DNA of 62,346 nucleotides, counting the filler, from Rhabdomonas costata (taxonomy: Eukaryota), in assembly GCA_019059605.1 (NCBI GenBank). It is 32 parts of 32 records of this genome, joined end to end, with 100 filler letters (N's around TTAATTAATTAA, not from the genome) between each part and the next. Parts side by side here need not be neighbours in the genome. Positions count along the whole stretch, not along the records: positions 23,427 to 25,278 come from JAHMHO010008203.1; positions 25,379 to 27,230 come from JAHMHO010008204.1; positions 27,331 to 29,184 come from JAHMHO010008205.1; positions 29,285 to 31,136 come from JAHMHO010008206.1; positions 31,237 to 33,087 come from JAHMHO010008207.1; positions 33,188 to 35,039 come from JAHMHO010008208.1; positions 35,140 to 36,991 come from JAHMHO010008209.1; 25 more parts are not named here. One strand, given 5' to 3'. A model generated the notes under the pieces. It was not told where the DNA came from. It saw only the letters and a list, made by a program, of their open reading frames with translations, and searched no databases. Numbering within the stretch: the first letter of the stretch is position 1; each line of letters opens with the position of its first letter. Of the stretch, positions 23,614-36,099 are shown one piece after another. A program made the translations under genes and the position numbers.

Positions 23614-25082
23614 CTCAGAATGTACTCCAATGGGCGGTTCTCCATGCGGTCATCCAGCTCCGGAGGAAGTCGAGTGTTGGGCATGGGATGACACCCATCC
23701 CGCTCCCCCGCACGGCCGGCGTAAAGCACCTGTTGGCCTACACAAAGAAAGCAACGAACAACGCAAAAAAAAAAGCGCAGAATGTCAGTTCATGATGATT
23801 TTCCCGAAGGAACAGCATCGCCTCCAAGTACGGCCACTGCACAAGCAGAGAGATCTGCAACACATTTCGGTTCAAGTTCTGGCGCAGCTCCCCACCAAGT
23901 GGTATCCGGCTCAATTGTGTTTCATAAACTCAGAGTCAAGCATATTACTTCAAAAAAGAAAACGCGAAGTCCTGTGCATGCATAGAGGAAAGGGTGAGCC
24001 TCGCGCCAACGGCGGGACATACACACAAAACGACAAATTGAGCTGTGAACATCCCGAGGCTCACTTTTATCGAGCGACTTTTCTTGCGCCATTGTGTGAA
24101 GAAATTTCTCCTTCACGGAAGAAATTAGTGAAACCCCAATAACCGGCGAATTGGCGACCTAGGTTGCCAGAAAATGTTTTTGAGTGCCTTTACATTACCG
24201 TATTTTTGCGTGGAAATCGAATATGCGGCAATTTCCATGGAAGTTGTTCGCAATCACAAAGTTATCGCTCTTCATCTTAGAGCTCGAGCTCGTCAAATAA
24301 CAGCGACCATCAAATGTGGGTAAGGGTTAGCTGGGAGCAAAGGGGGGGGGAGCAGGCCGGGCCCAACCCACTCGCGCTGCGGCCAGAGCAAAGCTGGACC
24401 CAGTGGTCACGAGGAAGGCGCACTGAGTCAGAACAAACCAGTCGACCTAAATGCACCACATGGGAAAGCCCCAAGACAGCCCCGTGACAACGACATCAAA
24501 CATCACGCCGAGCACTGAAACACCGCGCACTTTGCAGTTGATGACACACCCAGAGATGCAATCATGGGTGGGATTTGAAACAGAGGAAAAAGGTAACAAA
24601 ACATGCCATTCCAGCACTCACCGAATGCCCACGAGCCTGATAAAGAGAAGCGGTGAAGCATGCTCCCACAACAAAAAGGAGTTTCCATTTAAACCCGATT
24701 CTCTGTGGTGGTTGCGCTGCGCTTCGTCTCACCCGAAACAAAGAGGAACAGGGGACGTTCGCATTCAGTTACCTTTGGCTCACAATCGGCACCCTTGTCT
24801 TATTTGGTCAAACCCCCTTCACTTGGGCGGTTGGCAGCGCCATTTCCATCGGTAACGGCCCCTTCGATATGCAGTGGGTCCGTCCCGAAGAATGAAACCT
24901 TAGAGAATGGGAAAAGACAAAGACAAATCATGTTTTTAAAAAAAGGCTATGCATGGGCACCTTGGAAGTGTGCACCACAGGGGCGTCGTAAAACGAGACT
25001 CGCCCAAAGTGGGAAAGAACAGCACGGGCGGTGGGCCGAAGCGAAGCGTCATCCGTGGCAAAGAACATCCATGTCTTGGAGG
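23614..25082 (-). CDS. Fucosyltransferase-like (GT-B) protein, C-terminal exons
   Basis: Exon 25082-24961 encodes SKTWMFFATDDASLR...FGRVSFYDAPVVHTSK (motif II-like FxATD). Exon 24446-24372 encodes VDWFVLTQCAFLVTTGSSFALAAAR (motif III-like). A further exon is likely at 23729-23614. The link between the two motif exons is uncertain. Confidence 0.55.
24702..24758 (+). repeat. Dispersed repeat, copy 2
   Basis: Matches 4117-4168 with a 21-nt exact core. Confidence 0.75.
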
Positions 25083-25950
25083 CTGGCAACGAGAGGTTGC
25101 ACAGCAATTCCTGACAAACCCCCCTCCCCCACCAAAGCAAGAGAAAGAGAGAGTAGGTGAGAAACCGTGGCACGCAGCAACTACTCTGAAATGAAAGCAA
25201 AATCAACATATGTCAATACCTCGCATATAAAAAGCAAAGTCAACGAAAAATAGCTGCTTCAAGATGCGCAACAAAACTNNNNNNNNNNNNNNNNNNNNNN
25301 NNNNNNNNNNNNNNNNNNNNNNTTAATTAATTAANNNNNNNNNNNNNNNNNNNNNNNNNNNNNNNNNNNNNNNNNNNNGGGGGTGTGTGTGTGTGTGTGT
25401 GCGTGAGTGTGTCACTCATCTTTCTCTGGGAAAGGTGTTGTAGCTTGTTTTCTTCTCAGTAGTGGAGGCAGTCGTTGCTTGGTACTCATTGTTGCATTTG
25501 TACATTTACGGCTCTTTAGGAATGAGCTCCATCTCATCCGGAAATCTGGTGACAGACCCCTCCGGCATATCCCCATGAACGTTCCCAAAAGCACGTATGC
25601 AAATGCAATGGAAGAATGCGAGAGCTAATTTAGGCTGCTATGCAGTATGCATGTATCTCTCTCGCTCTTTCTCTCTTGCGCTTTCGCAGGGCACCTGTGG
25701 GCTGTGCTCGAGCTTCCCCGTATTTCGCCCCGCTGATCCTTTGGGTATGCGATGTTTGCATGTGCATTTTTGGGGTGGGTCCGACAGATTTTAATGCTGC
25801 GCAGGACCTCTACTGTTACAGCATTTCACCGGGTGGACTCCAACCTCGTTTAAGCGCTTGCGGAATTTTTGTGGAGTTACGGTGATGCGAATCATGCGAT
25901 GCGAGTACCCAAACTTCTGTTTTGTCTCTGTTTTCCCCTCTTCTCTGCAG

Positions 25951-27230
25951 CTGTCCCATCTCCGGTGTGGCTTGGAATTATCCACGACAACCCCTCCAGT
26001 GCGCTGGCCACTCAGTTCCAGCTGGGCCTTTACGCCGCCTTCCACGAATTCAACGTCATTAACGGCGCTCTTTGCAACCGCACTCTGTGGCTGCTGTCCT
26101 CCCGGTCCTCCTGCAGCCCCACCGCGCAGGCTGATGCCCTGGTGGCCTCAGGCGTGATGGGCTTTGTGGGGTGCACCGGGCGGCACGCCATAGAGGCCGC
26201 CCAGCAGTACTCAAGCAGCCTTGGCCTGCCGTTCTTTGGTCCGGTTAGCGGAGATCCCTTGCTTCGGCAGCCGTTTGTCCCCAATGTCTTCCCAGTTCGC
26301 GCCTCGCAGACCGATGAGGGAATAGCGATGGTGCAGCAACTTCGGGTTTCACAAGGGTTGCAGGTCCTGGTGCTATTCTACGAGGAAGGCTTCGCTGACC
26401 CAGCCGCGGTGACCGCAATCTCACTGGCCTGCAACAGCACAGGGCTTGCTCTGGTCGCCTCAGTGGCATACAACTCCACCACCTATTCTGGCAACGACGA
26501 TGTCGGAGTGAACACCTCGATTGGATCGATGGTGTCTCAGGCCTCCCCCTTTGTCCCGGAGGCCCTCATTGTGCTGGCTGGGGACAACGTCGCTGCTAAA
26601 GTGGTGGTAGCAGCACGGCAGGTGCCTGCCTTGGCCGCGGCAGTGCTTGGGGTGATCTCTTCGGTGGCCGACTTGCAGAATTTCACTGCACTGATTGGTA
26701 ACAGCGGGGGTGTTCTGCTCAGCCAGGTCTTGCCTACGAGGGCGGCGGCGGCGGCGGGGGGGGGTATTGCACAGCCAATTATAGGGGAACTCTCACCACA
26801 CTCCTGCTCACATGGCCGGCCCGGGGAGGGGGGAGTATAACGAGATAGAATCCTTGATGTTTTGCTGAAATTGCGGAAAATGTCGCAAGACGTGCCCTGC
26901 AATGCCATTGCGTAATGGTGCCTTGAATTTTCCGTGGTTGTCGTTTGCAGGTCGAAAACGATTGAGTCATTCACCAAACCTAGGCATTCGGATGTCTAAT
27001 TTCAGCTGCTGAGCTTTGACTCCCGACTGTGGCCCAGTCTATTCTTGCTTTCTGCACACCCAGGTCGTCCCCTTCTACCCGGACTACAGCAGTGTCTTCT
27101 ATACGAGATATCTTGCCGCGCTGGCCGCGCTGTCCAGCGTCGTACTTCCCACCCCTACCTCGATGGAGGGTTACCTCACGGGGCGCGTGGTGGCCGCCCT
27201 TGTTGCGACGGAGCTATGCGGTCAGTCACA
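25951..27230 (+). CDS. Periplasmic-binding-protein (LIVBP-type) ectodomain, probably of a receptor adenylate cyclase
   Basis: Exon 25951-26726 includes GL.AAF.E.N, GFVGCTG, PFFGPVSGDPLLRQPF.PNVF.VRAS and LLSQ. It joins exon 27064-end (VVP...Y..AL...SMEGYLTGR). Several N-x-S/T sequons are present. Confidence 0.8.
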
Positions 27231-27696
27231 NNNNNNNNNNNNNNNNNNNNNNNNNNNNNNNNNNNNNNNNNNNNTTAATTAATTAANNNNNNNNNNNNNN
27301 NNNNNNNNNNNNNNNNNNNNNNNNNNNNNNGGGTGGTTTTCACCGTCCAATTTCGGCTGCCAGGGCGCCTGGGCGACAAGAAGAACAAGTCACTTACAAA
27401 ACTTTCACGGAAACCCGTAAATCGACTATGGTGGTGGTGGTGCATGCGTGCTCGGCGTTGCCCTATCTTCGTCGACTAATAAGATCTTTCGCTTCAAAGA
27501 GAACTCCAGACCACCGCAAGGGGATTTCCGTGCGAGAGTTAGTAAATTCCGAATGATAATTCTTTGCATGGGGAAGTTCCTCATAAAGTGATTAACAATG
27601 CAGCTCCAGTACATCCGTAAAATTGCAAAATGAATGTGACTGAACAATGTCCCCACAAAATATAGAGTATAGAAACACCGAGAGAGAGAGAGAGAG

Positions 27697-27727
<31 letters not shown>

Positions 27728-29491
27728 GAGCGGCAAGGGAGTGGAGTGGGGGAGAAAAGGAAAAGCGCTGCTGGAGAGCCAAAACGCGTTTCCTGAGACC
27801 CTTTTCAACGCAAAAACACGCCGAGAGCTGTGGACCGCGCGAACCGATGTGCCCAAGGGAGGAAAGGAGGGCAGCATAATCGTAAAGAATTTGGCATATA
27901 ATTAATGAACGCATGCTGAGAAATACCAAAAAAGGGAGCAATAAATAAATCCAATGCTCTTATTCTGCCTTACTCCGAAACCCCGGAGGCAGCTCACCTC
28001 AGTTGGTTGGGCATACAAAGCCTCGCTGAGGGGTAGGGCCCGTCCTGATAAAAGAGGTCCACAACAATTGGGTGCTGAAATCCCTTTCGAGCAGTCTTCA
28101 TTCCAGCGGATCACTGGCATTTGCCAAAGCAAAGGAAGAACCACAGCAGAGAAACATCACAAAAGGAAGGTGTGCTTTCGGGGGCCTTCAGACTGAAAAC
28201 GCAAAGCAAAGCAAAAGCCATCACATACTGCATCAGCCAGTTCGTCCCACTGCCCCCGCTGCGGAAAAAGACCAAGAATGAAAAGAAGAAAAGAAGAAAA
28301 GAAGGTTCTGTTTCGAAGGAAGAAGTGGAACAACCAAGACACATGCACTGCTGCCGCTTTTCTTTGCAACAATTTCGCTTTGCATCCTTGTCTTTACACT
28401 CGTCGCTCCGCGATCTGATGCGGTTTCACCCTGGTCTAGCCGTCCGCAGCCACACCGGTTGTTGTCGCAGTACTGCTGCGCACCCACGGTGTAGCACAGC
28501 GACGCCGCGGAGTGGATGTTCCCGTCCCGCCCACAGTAGATCACACTCTGCAACCAAACAAGCACACAAAAAGGATCCGCGTTGCGCCTCTACTCAGCCA
28601 TCCAATTCGACCACAGGGCAAAAAACCTGGCTCACTGTATGCGGACCGTTTCGGGGCCACAAAGCAAAGAGAGGTGTGTTACAAGTATTGCACGGTAATT
28701 GTATCAGTAAGGACGGACTACCGGGTGGAGACGAGGCACTGGGCTTCGGATTCATCTTCCTGCGACGAGGCGCCCGCGACGATCCCAGGAACTATCCCAG
28801 ACATACAGACGTAGCCGCCTAGGTTTGGCATGGAAGAAGAAGAAGAAGGCATGGACGGTGCCCCCCCAACCTGCAGCGCCCCCACCTGCGCACCTTTCCT
28901 GCATGGGCACCCTTGGTGTACACACTTTTCAAACAGAGGTGATGTGGGGGCCGTGGTGGGGGAACGGTGGTCCACACAAACACGCGCCCACCTGCTGAAG
29001 TTCAGAGGACCAGGAACTTGCGCACCGCGTGCCCAGGCGGCTGCAATCGATTAGGTAGGAGGCTGCGGGAGAGAGTGACAAAAACACACAAAGACACCGA
29101 GCGACCGGAAGCCCCCAAGGTGTGCGAACTTCAAACTTTTAACCGCATTACTGAGTGTAATCATTTTTTGGATCCCCACCCACANNNNNNNNNNNNNNNN
29201 NNNNNNNNNNNNNNNNNNNNNNNNNNNNTTAATTAATTAANNNNNNNNNNNNNNNNNNNNNNNNNNNNNNNNNNNNNNNNNNNNGGTTTGTGGGGGGAAA
29301 ACAAAAGTTTTCGAAGGAAAATTTGGTTCGCAAAAATATATTCTTATTTTCAGGTTTCCAAAAAAATCGCTAAACTCGTTAAAAAAAGATTCGTATAAAA
29401 ACTCATATAGGAGCACTGGGGATCCCGAATTAGAGGGCAAGTGGTGCGTCAGAGCGCCGGTGATGCGACAAAGACATATGGCACAGCATAC

Positions 29492-31057
29492 CGTGGTGGG
29501 AACTCCGGTGGTGTCGCTGATCATTTTCTTGAAGGACTCTTGCGTGAAGGAGGTGCAGTCCTGCAATTACCCAGAGAGAGGGAGGGAAGAGGACGGTGAA
29601 GAGTAGCGTAGTGTGAATTCGCGCGAGCGTGCGTATGCCAAAAAAGAATTCAGCCACAGCCCCTCCCCCCCCCCATATGGAGTGCGTACAGCGTCAAGCC
29701 AGCAGAGCAGATTCCCATTGCTCCTCATCCTCAGCGGAAACCTACAATACAACAGCCCACTGGGAAATATTCCCAGTGCACAATCCATGCGGAGGCGTAT
29801 CAAGTATCGGCTCAACGCATTGAAGACATTCCACTTGCATAACCAACCCCACAGTGTGTAGGCTGTGACGCCTGCATGTTTTTTAAATTCAGGGTGACGC
29901 ACACACAATACGTGCAGAAGACATAGCTTGGGTGGAGGTTTTTCCGCCTCCAGCGGGCTTTCGGTTCACTGCCCGGTCTGGGGTGCCGATGAATCCTCTG
30001 CTACTGGGCGGTGGACCTTGGGAAACCTCAATGACACACATACAGAGATGAGAGACACACCACATCTAAGACGATGCCCAGGCTGAATGAGGACCGAGCG
30101 CTGAGGGTGGTCTCGCAGCACTCCGCCGGGACGCACGTCTGCGAGGCGCACACCGTGCTGGCATTGCCAGGGGAGTACACCACGGAGCAGAAGAAGTTCC
30201 CGCACAAGGGATTGGCTGTGGGTGTGAGTGGGGGCACGAGGTGGAGGGCAGGAGGTGGCGGAGGGGCAAGGGGCTGGTGCCTGTTGCGGGAAAAAGGCCG
30301 CTGTGACCCCTTCTAATCGTGAGAATGTTGGAGCGCTTCGCGGCGCAGACTGATAGAGAGAGGTTCCGGTCCTACGGCAGCCCGTCGCCGGAACGGGTGT
30401 GCTGTGCGCTTCCGAAGGTTGCAGGAAAAGTGACTTCCCAAACGCGTATCGTACCCCTCCCCCTATCAATCCTATCAAGTGCATTTTAAGTGCATTTTGG
30501 GGATCCCCCCCCCGTACGGTGCATTTTACGGATCAAGGAATGGGGAGGGGGGGGTGTGGAAGCCAGCACCATATCGAAAACCATGACCACGCAACCCGCT
30601 TCAATGCGCTTATTGACAGACACAACACACACACACACACACACACAGCGTTGGGTGTAAAGGGAAAGCACTGGTACGGATCCTGTCAGGCACCGCAGTC
30701 GGTTCGAATCCAAATCACGGCCTACCACGCTGGTCTCGATTAGGCGTACGGATGAAAGCAACTCTGGCCCCACCCCAACCAGGTCTTCCCCTGTGAAATA
30801 AGGGGGCCAGCAGGTGCCTGGTTGGGTACATAAGTTGAATCGGCGCGCTTAACTGGCCGGAATTCGTTCCGTGGTGAAACTTTGGAAGGCTACTGGGAAG
30901 GGTCAAACACACAACACACACACACACACACAAGCGGTAGGTGTACCAAGGCAGCAGTCTGTGGTGGAGCATGTCTGGGTCGCGCACACGGTGCTGGAGC
31001 TCACCGCGGTGGACCCGTTCCCGCAGAGGAAGCTGCTGCCGCCGCAGGTCGGATTTG
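29492..31057 (-). CDS. Cysteine-rich repeat surface/secreted protein, 3 exons
   Basis: Exons 31057-30947 (ANPTCGGSSFLCGNG...CATQTCSTTDCCL), 30215-30061 (ANPLCGNFFC...CASQTCVPAECCET...LDV) and 29560-29492 (DCTSFTQESFKKMISDTTGVPTT). All joins are phase-compatible GT-AG. Confidence 0.75.
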
Positions 31058-31673
31058 CTGGGCGGAAAACCCACAAGACAACCACAAGGCTTCTCTTTTC
31101 TGTGCCTTCCGGAAAGTGGCCGTGACCCCACACCCCNNNNNNNNNNNNNNNNNNNNNNNNNNNNNNNNNNNNNNNNNNNNTTAATTAATTAANNNNNNNN
31201 NNNNNNNNNNNNNNNNNNNNNNNNNNNNNNNNNNNNGTTGGTTTTTGTGAGAAATCCGCTGTGTTTTGGTTTCGTTTGCGAGGCCGATGAGGATGCATCC
31301 AGGGTCTTCCTTTTGCTTTTAGCTGTAGTTCTTCATAGAAATAGGGAGAATAGGAAAGTTAGGACATCTCCCCGTCACTGTCAGGCGGAAGGGGACAAGT
31401 GGAGTGCCCTTAATTCGCTGGTGAAGCCAATCCTGCAGGAGAGGGGGAGGAGGAGGTTCAGCAATTGCTGCTTTTGGGGGGGGCGTGAAAAGGCGAGGCC
31501 CCAGCGGAGACGTTATTTCCCTTGCACTGCGAAAGGAACAGCAGGAGAGATTTACGAGTGAAGCGTCTCATGCACATCTGTGGGCGTCTACCTGCAGAAA
31601 CGGCAAATAGTGTGTAATGCTGTGAACAGAAGGCTGTTTTCCCACACTCTCACCGCCTGTCCCCTCTTCCCAG

Positions 31674-31744
31674 GCTCTGTACAACGTTGCTTGTGTGCGG
31701 CTGCTTCTGGGCGAGAGCACGGCTGCCAAGGAATACCTCAAAAT
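31674..31744 (+). CDS. Short exon with a TPR-like helix
   Basis: CAG|ALYNVACVRLLLGESTAAKEYLK|GTATGT resembles the YN.AC...LG TPR-like motif. Confidence 0.4.
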
Positions 31745-31955
31745 GTATGTCACCTCCCGTCCCACTGTCGGCACAGTTTCAGACGCCATTAGCGCCCTTC
31801 TAGTTCCGTTGGTGAGGTGAATTGGTCGAGCTCGTTCGTTACCTTCTGCCTTTCAGTCTACCTGCGGCTCTTCAACGTCTCGGAGCAAGTGACCCACTGG
31901 CGATTTTGCTCGCTGTGCTCCTTGTTTTTGGGGTTCCACCTGAATCTTCTCACTG

Positions 31956-31999
31956 CATCATCATCATCATCATCATCATCATCACCATCATCATCATCA
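31956..31999. repeat. (CAT)n microsatellite
   Basis: Directly visible, with one interruption. Confidence 0.95.
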
Positions 32000-33499
32000 C
32001 CGCTCGCGCTCTCTCTCTCTTTCGCTTTGGTCTTGTGATGCCTTTTTGGGCCCGCGGCCCACCCAGCAAGAGCCCTATCTGGAGAAAAGGCATGAATGGG
32101 GTTTGAAAAAATCAAATCATCATATTGTTGGGACGGGGGACAGTTTTGCTTTACATTACCTTTTTTGTTTGTGTATTCTCACATTGATTGTGTGCCTGTA
32201 GGGCCTGCGAAAGCCTTGCATCTGCCTCCAAGGGTGTGTTCTGTTGCCCTTTCGTCCGCGTCCACTGGACGATTCTTGTCTGCTTTTGGTCATTTCCGTT
32301 CTCACATCTCTTCCCTCGCTGAGCTGGGGTTCTAAAAATGGTTGCTCTTTCCCCTACGATAATTTTCATTCTTGTTCCGAACTGAATGCCTGATGATTGC
32401 GATGTCGTGATATATGGAAAGAGGGAGAGAAGGGACCTGGGGAAGCGAGAGATAAGTCCTTGTACATGTGAACTGTAAGTTGGATGCCGATGCATTTGTG
32501 GGCGCAAGAATGTGCGTGGTGATTCTCTCAGAAGCCGAGGATGCTCTCGCCACGGAGGCCCCCGCGGCTGCGCGGGCCCCCAGGAAGCGACCCTCTTCCG
32601 CCGCTCCTCGGGGAACTGTGCCGCGGGAGTCCGAGACGGCCTGCCCCTCTCCCTTCTACGCGCGCTCTCCAGGTGTGGTCAAGGTTCCACCCTCGAGACT
32701 TGGCGCCATTCCTATTCCTTCAGCTCCCACCTTTTCTTTCTTTTTGCCTTGGGCTGTTCCCTGCTGCTTTTTGCTGTGATGGATGGAATATTACTGCATT
32801 TTTCAGCGGATCACCAACTCCTAATAGCTTTTATGGATGCACGCGGATATACACACGAATGCACTCAGCTTGCTGGGGAGATGTGTCTGCATTTAGGGTT
32901 GATTTTGATAACGTGGAGAAATGCGTGGGAAGGGTGGGTGGGAGCTCTTCATGGCTGCAAATCAAAAAAATGGTATTGTGACTTCATGACAAGTTGCATT
33001 CTTCCATGTGAATTGAAACATATAATTCTGACAAAACTCTGAAAAAATTAAAAACTGAAAAAATATAAAAAAGAACCCCCACCACCCNNNNNNNNNNNNN
33101 NNNNNNNNNNNNNNNNNNNNNNNNNNNNNNNTTAATTAATTAANNNNNNNNNNNNNNNNNNNNNNNNNNNNNNNNNNNNNNNNNNNNGGTTGTTGTGCTA
33201 GGTTGTGCCGCGGTAATCACAGGGGTGGCCAAAAGAGGGGCCTCCAAAGGAAGCGCTTTGGCTGACGACTTTTGCCCCTGCCCTGGGGAATCTGGGGAAG
33301 GAGATGGGGGCTCCTCGTGCTGTTGATGATCCACCAGGAGCTCAGCAGCGTCACACGCGCCTACACGGAGATACATGAAAACAAACAGCTGAACCTAACA
33401 CCTCTCTCCATTCCAGCTCTCTCTCTGCATCAGTGTTCTCTCTTTCTATGAAACCTCTGCGCCCCAGATCCTAGTATCATCCCCCCCTCTCCATTTCAG

Positions 33500-33621
33500 G
33501 GCTGGACATGAGCGAGCTTGCTTGGACCGTCTCCGAGAAGGCCGCGAAGGCCAAGGACGCTCTAAGCAAGAAGGTCGACATTCTTTCCAATTCCATCAAA
33601 GGATTCCTGGATGACCTGTAG
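33500..33621 (+). CDS. Terminal exon resembling an ArfGAP2/3 (Glo3-type) amphipathic C-terminus
   Basis: A pyrimidine tract and TTTCAG| precede GLDMSELAWTVSEKAAKAKDALSKKVDILSNSIKGFLDDL-TAG. The family assignment is from pattern recall only. Confidence 0.5.
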
Positions 33622-34181
33622 CTCTAAGTTGCTCACTCCACACAAACAATCCGCACGCTGTTTTTCTTACACTTGGTTTGCTGGATGTAATGCACCGTCA
33701 GCAATGATAACTAAGGGGCTGCTGCCGCCTGGCCGGCGCGAACTTGGCATGTGGTGGGTCGGGGAAGCGACAGCTGCACTGGGCCCCAGCCCATGCCGGA
33801 AGCCCAAAGATATTTGTGTGCATTTCTTTCATGCATCTTTCACGCATCGACTGCCAAAATAAAGAGAGTAAATAAGATGATGGACTTTGAGCTGAGCAGC
33901 TGACGGATCCATGCTGCTGGAGTGATTGACGCAACAACTCTGGGACCTTCTTCATTAGCAAAATGTCCCAGCCCCGCCTTGCCTGGGGCGCTCTTCGTCG
34001 GGCTCTTTGTTGCTCAGGGGGGTTGAGGTTGGCTTCAGGTGGGATGCCCATCGTCTGAATTCGGAGGATGAGTCGGATTTTGTTGGCTCCAAGATGAGGT
34101 GTGCGAGGTGGCGTTCAACTTCTTTTTCAACTTATCGGTAAGGTAATCCGGGGGGGATCGAAGGCGTCGAAAAAATGGGAC

Positions 34182-34953
34182 CTGGTAGGCGCAGTCAAAC
34201 AAGGGGAAGAGCTTCTGCCGCGCTACCACATCGGCCAACTCCATCCACTCAGCCCTACAAGCCCAAACCACTACCTCAGAACCCAGTCCTGAGGGAAAAA
34301 CTACGAAAAGGACTTCTATCGACAACAGGTCACAACGACTTAGCGCAACAGCCATAGCCCAATTATCAGAGGGTGTCTTCCTCGCTCCAAAGGTTTGAGG
34401 AGTGCACCCACACACACACTCTCCCCGTCAACGAAGGACATATACCTGGTCAGATCCGCTCCAGTGGGGTTGTGCGAGCAAAGGTGAAGCACAACAATGC
34501 TGCCCACGGGTGCGGCGCTCAGGTCGGCCTTCATCGCTGCGGAATCCCCATCGAACAAAAAATGCCACACAAACGCGCGCACATACAAGCGCAAACATAC
34601 GTTTCGCACAGGACAACATACACACAACAATCGCCGAATGCCCCCCCCATACACCTAAGTAACCTCGCCATATCCACAGATGGAACTCGAAACTATGTTG
34701 CACTCCCTGCACAAGAACATGGTGCACCAGAAAGAACCTGCCCCTCCCCCATCCTCACACTCCATATTTCTTGCGTGCTTGGACTCACATGCGATGAGTG
34801 GCAGCCTGACCTTGACCCAAACCGCCATGCCCTCCCCATCCTGAAGCATCGTGGCAGATAGCCTGCTCGGGAGAAAGGAGAGCAACCTTCAAAGTTCAGG
34901 TCCACCTTGGACGCAGACCAGTACCTGCACTCCGCATTGTTGGGAAGTCCAGC
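34182..34953 (-). CDS. Aspartate aminotransferase (class I PLP enzyme), 3 internal exons
   Basis: Exons 34953-34887, 34536-34446 and 34254-34182 give AGL...RYWSASKVDLNFEAMKADLSAAPVGSIVVLHLCSHNPTGADLTRAEWMELADVVARQKLFPLFDCAYQ, with the HNPTG and FD.AYQ motifs. Confidence 0.92.
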
Positions 34954-35798
34954 CTGCGAGCGCCCCCCCACTCCTTCCAAGAAGCTGCCAGGAGACGATA
35001 CCGCAAAATACACAGCCGTGGACACGTTATTTCACCCCCNNNNNNNNNNNNNNNNNNNNNNNNNNNNNNNNNNNNNNNNNNNNTTAATTAATTAANNNNN
35101 NNNNNNNNNNNNNNNNNNNNNNNNNNNNNNNNNNNNNNNGGTGGTGGGGTTCTTCGTAAGTGTGAGGCGCTTTCTTGCCTCTGCGTGGAGCTTACTGAAT
35201 TCCGAGTCGGGGCATTTCCGGGTTTGCGAACCAAATGGAATTTTGTAAGGGGGGAGGGGTAACCGTTACCGGTGGCAACAGAATCTGGATTAAAACTTTT
35301 GATAAATTAAAGTCAGGTAAAATATGTCAACAGCATCGAAATGACTCTATTGAGTAAGGGAGTTATGCAAACTTTGCCAGTACCCCCTAGATCAGCATTT
35401 TTTTTTTGCAGCTGAAACTACTGTAGGCTAACAACTCACCCATGGCTGGGATATTGGCCGGACCAATAGGAGCAGCATTATATTACGGGCGAAGGCAAGC
35501 GGAGCGGCTGACGATTGCCCTCTTGCAGGTCCAGGCCTCCTGAAGCAAAGGTTAGCGCCCCCGGAAGCCCGCGAATTCGAATCCTTTTGTACATGTGTTG
35601 CAAAAGCTCTGAATCGGTCACATTAACGAGGAAAAATCCTTTAGTTCTCGGGAGGAAGGGAGGCGCACCTCCGGAGACGCACGGGACCCTGACCACCGCA
35701 TACGCCTCACAGCAACTGGGAGACCTCTGAGAGAAAGCACCCCCATCACCCACAAGAGATCGAGCACGTCTCTGCGGCAGAAAGGTCAAAACGAGAGA

Positions 35799-35816
35799 GA
35801 GATGCACAGGCACACG

Positions 35817-35847
<31 letters not shown>

Positions 35848-36099
35848 GCAAGCACACGCACTACTTGGACAAGGCAGTGCCTTTGGTAGAGGACAATTCT
35901 GCCTACAGCAGGATTTTGAATTCTCTGCCACTGCCACTGCCTGGTAACTTCTCGGGGTTCGGATCACCCTGCTGGGCGGAGGGACTTGATAAACCTAATT
36001 GGCGGTTCTAGGGGGAGAGAGATGCACAAGCACACGCCTCGTGCACTTGGCGAAGAAAAGTAAATATGAGGGGATGACTCGCGAGATGCACAAGCACAC
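35799..36099 (+). repeat. Three copies of GAGATGCACA(A/G)GCACAC
   Basis: Copies at 35799-35815, 36019-36035 and 36083-36099. Confidence 0.8.
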
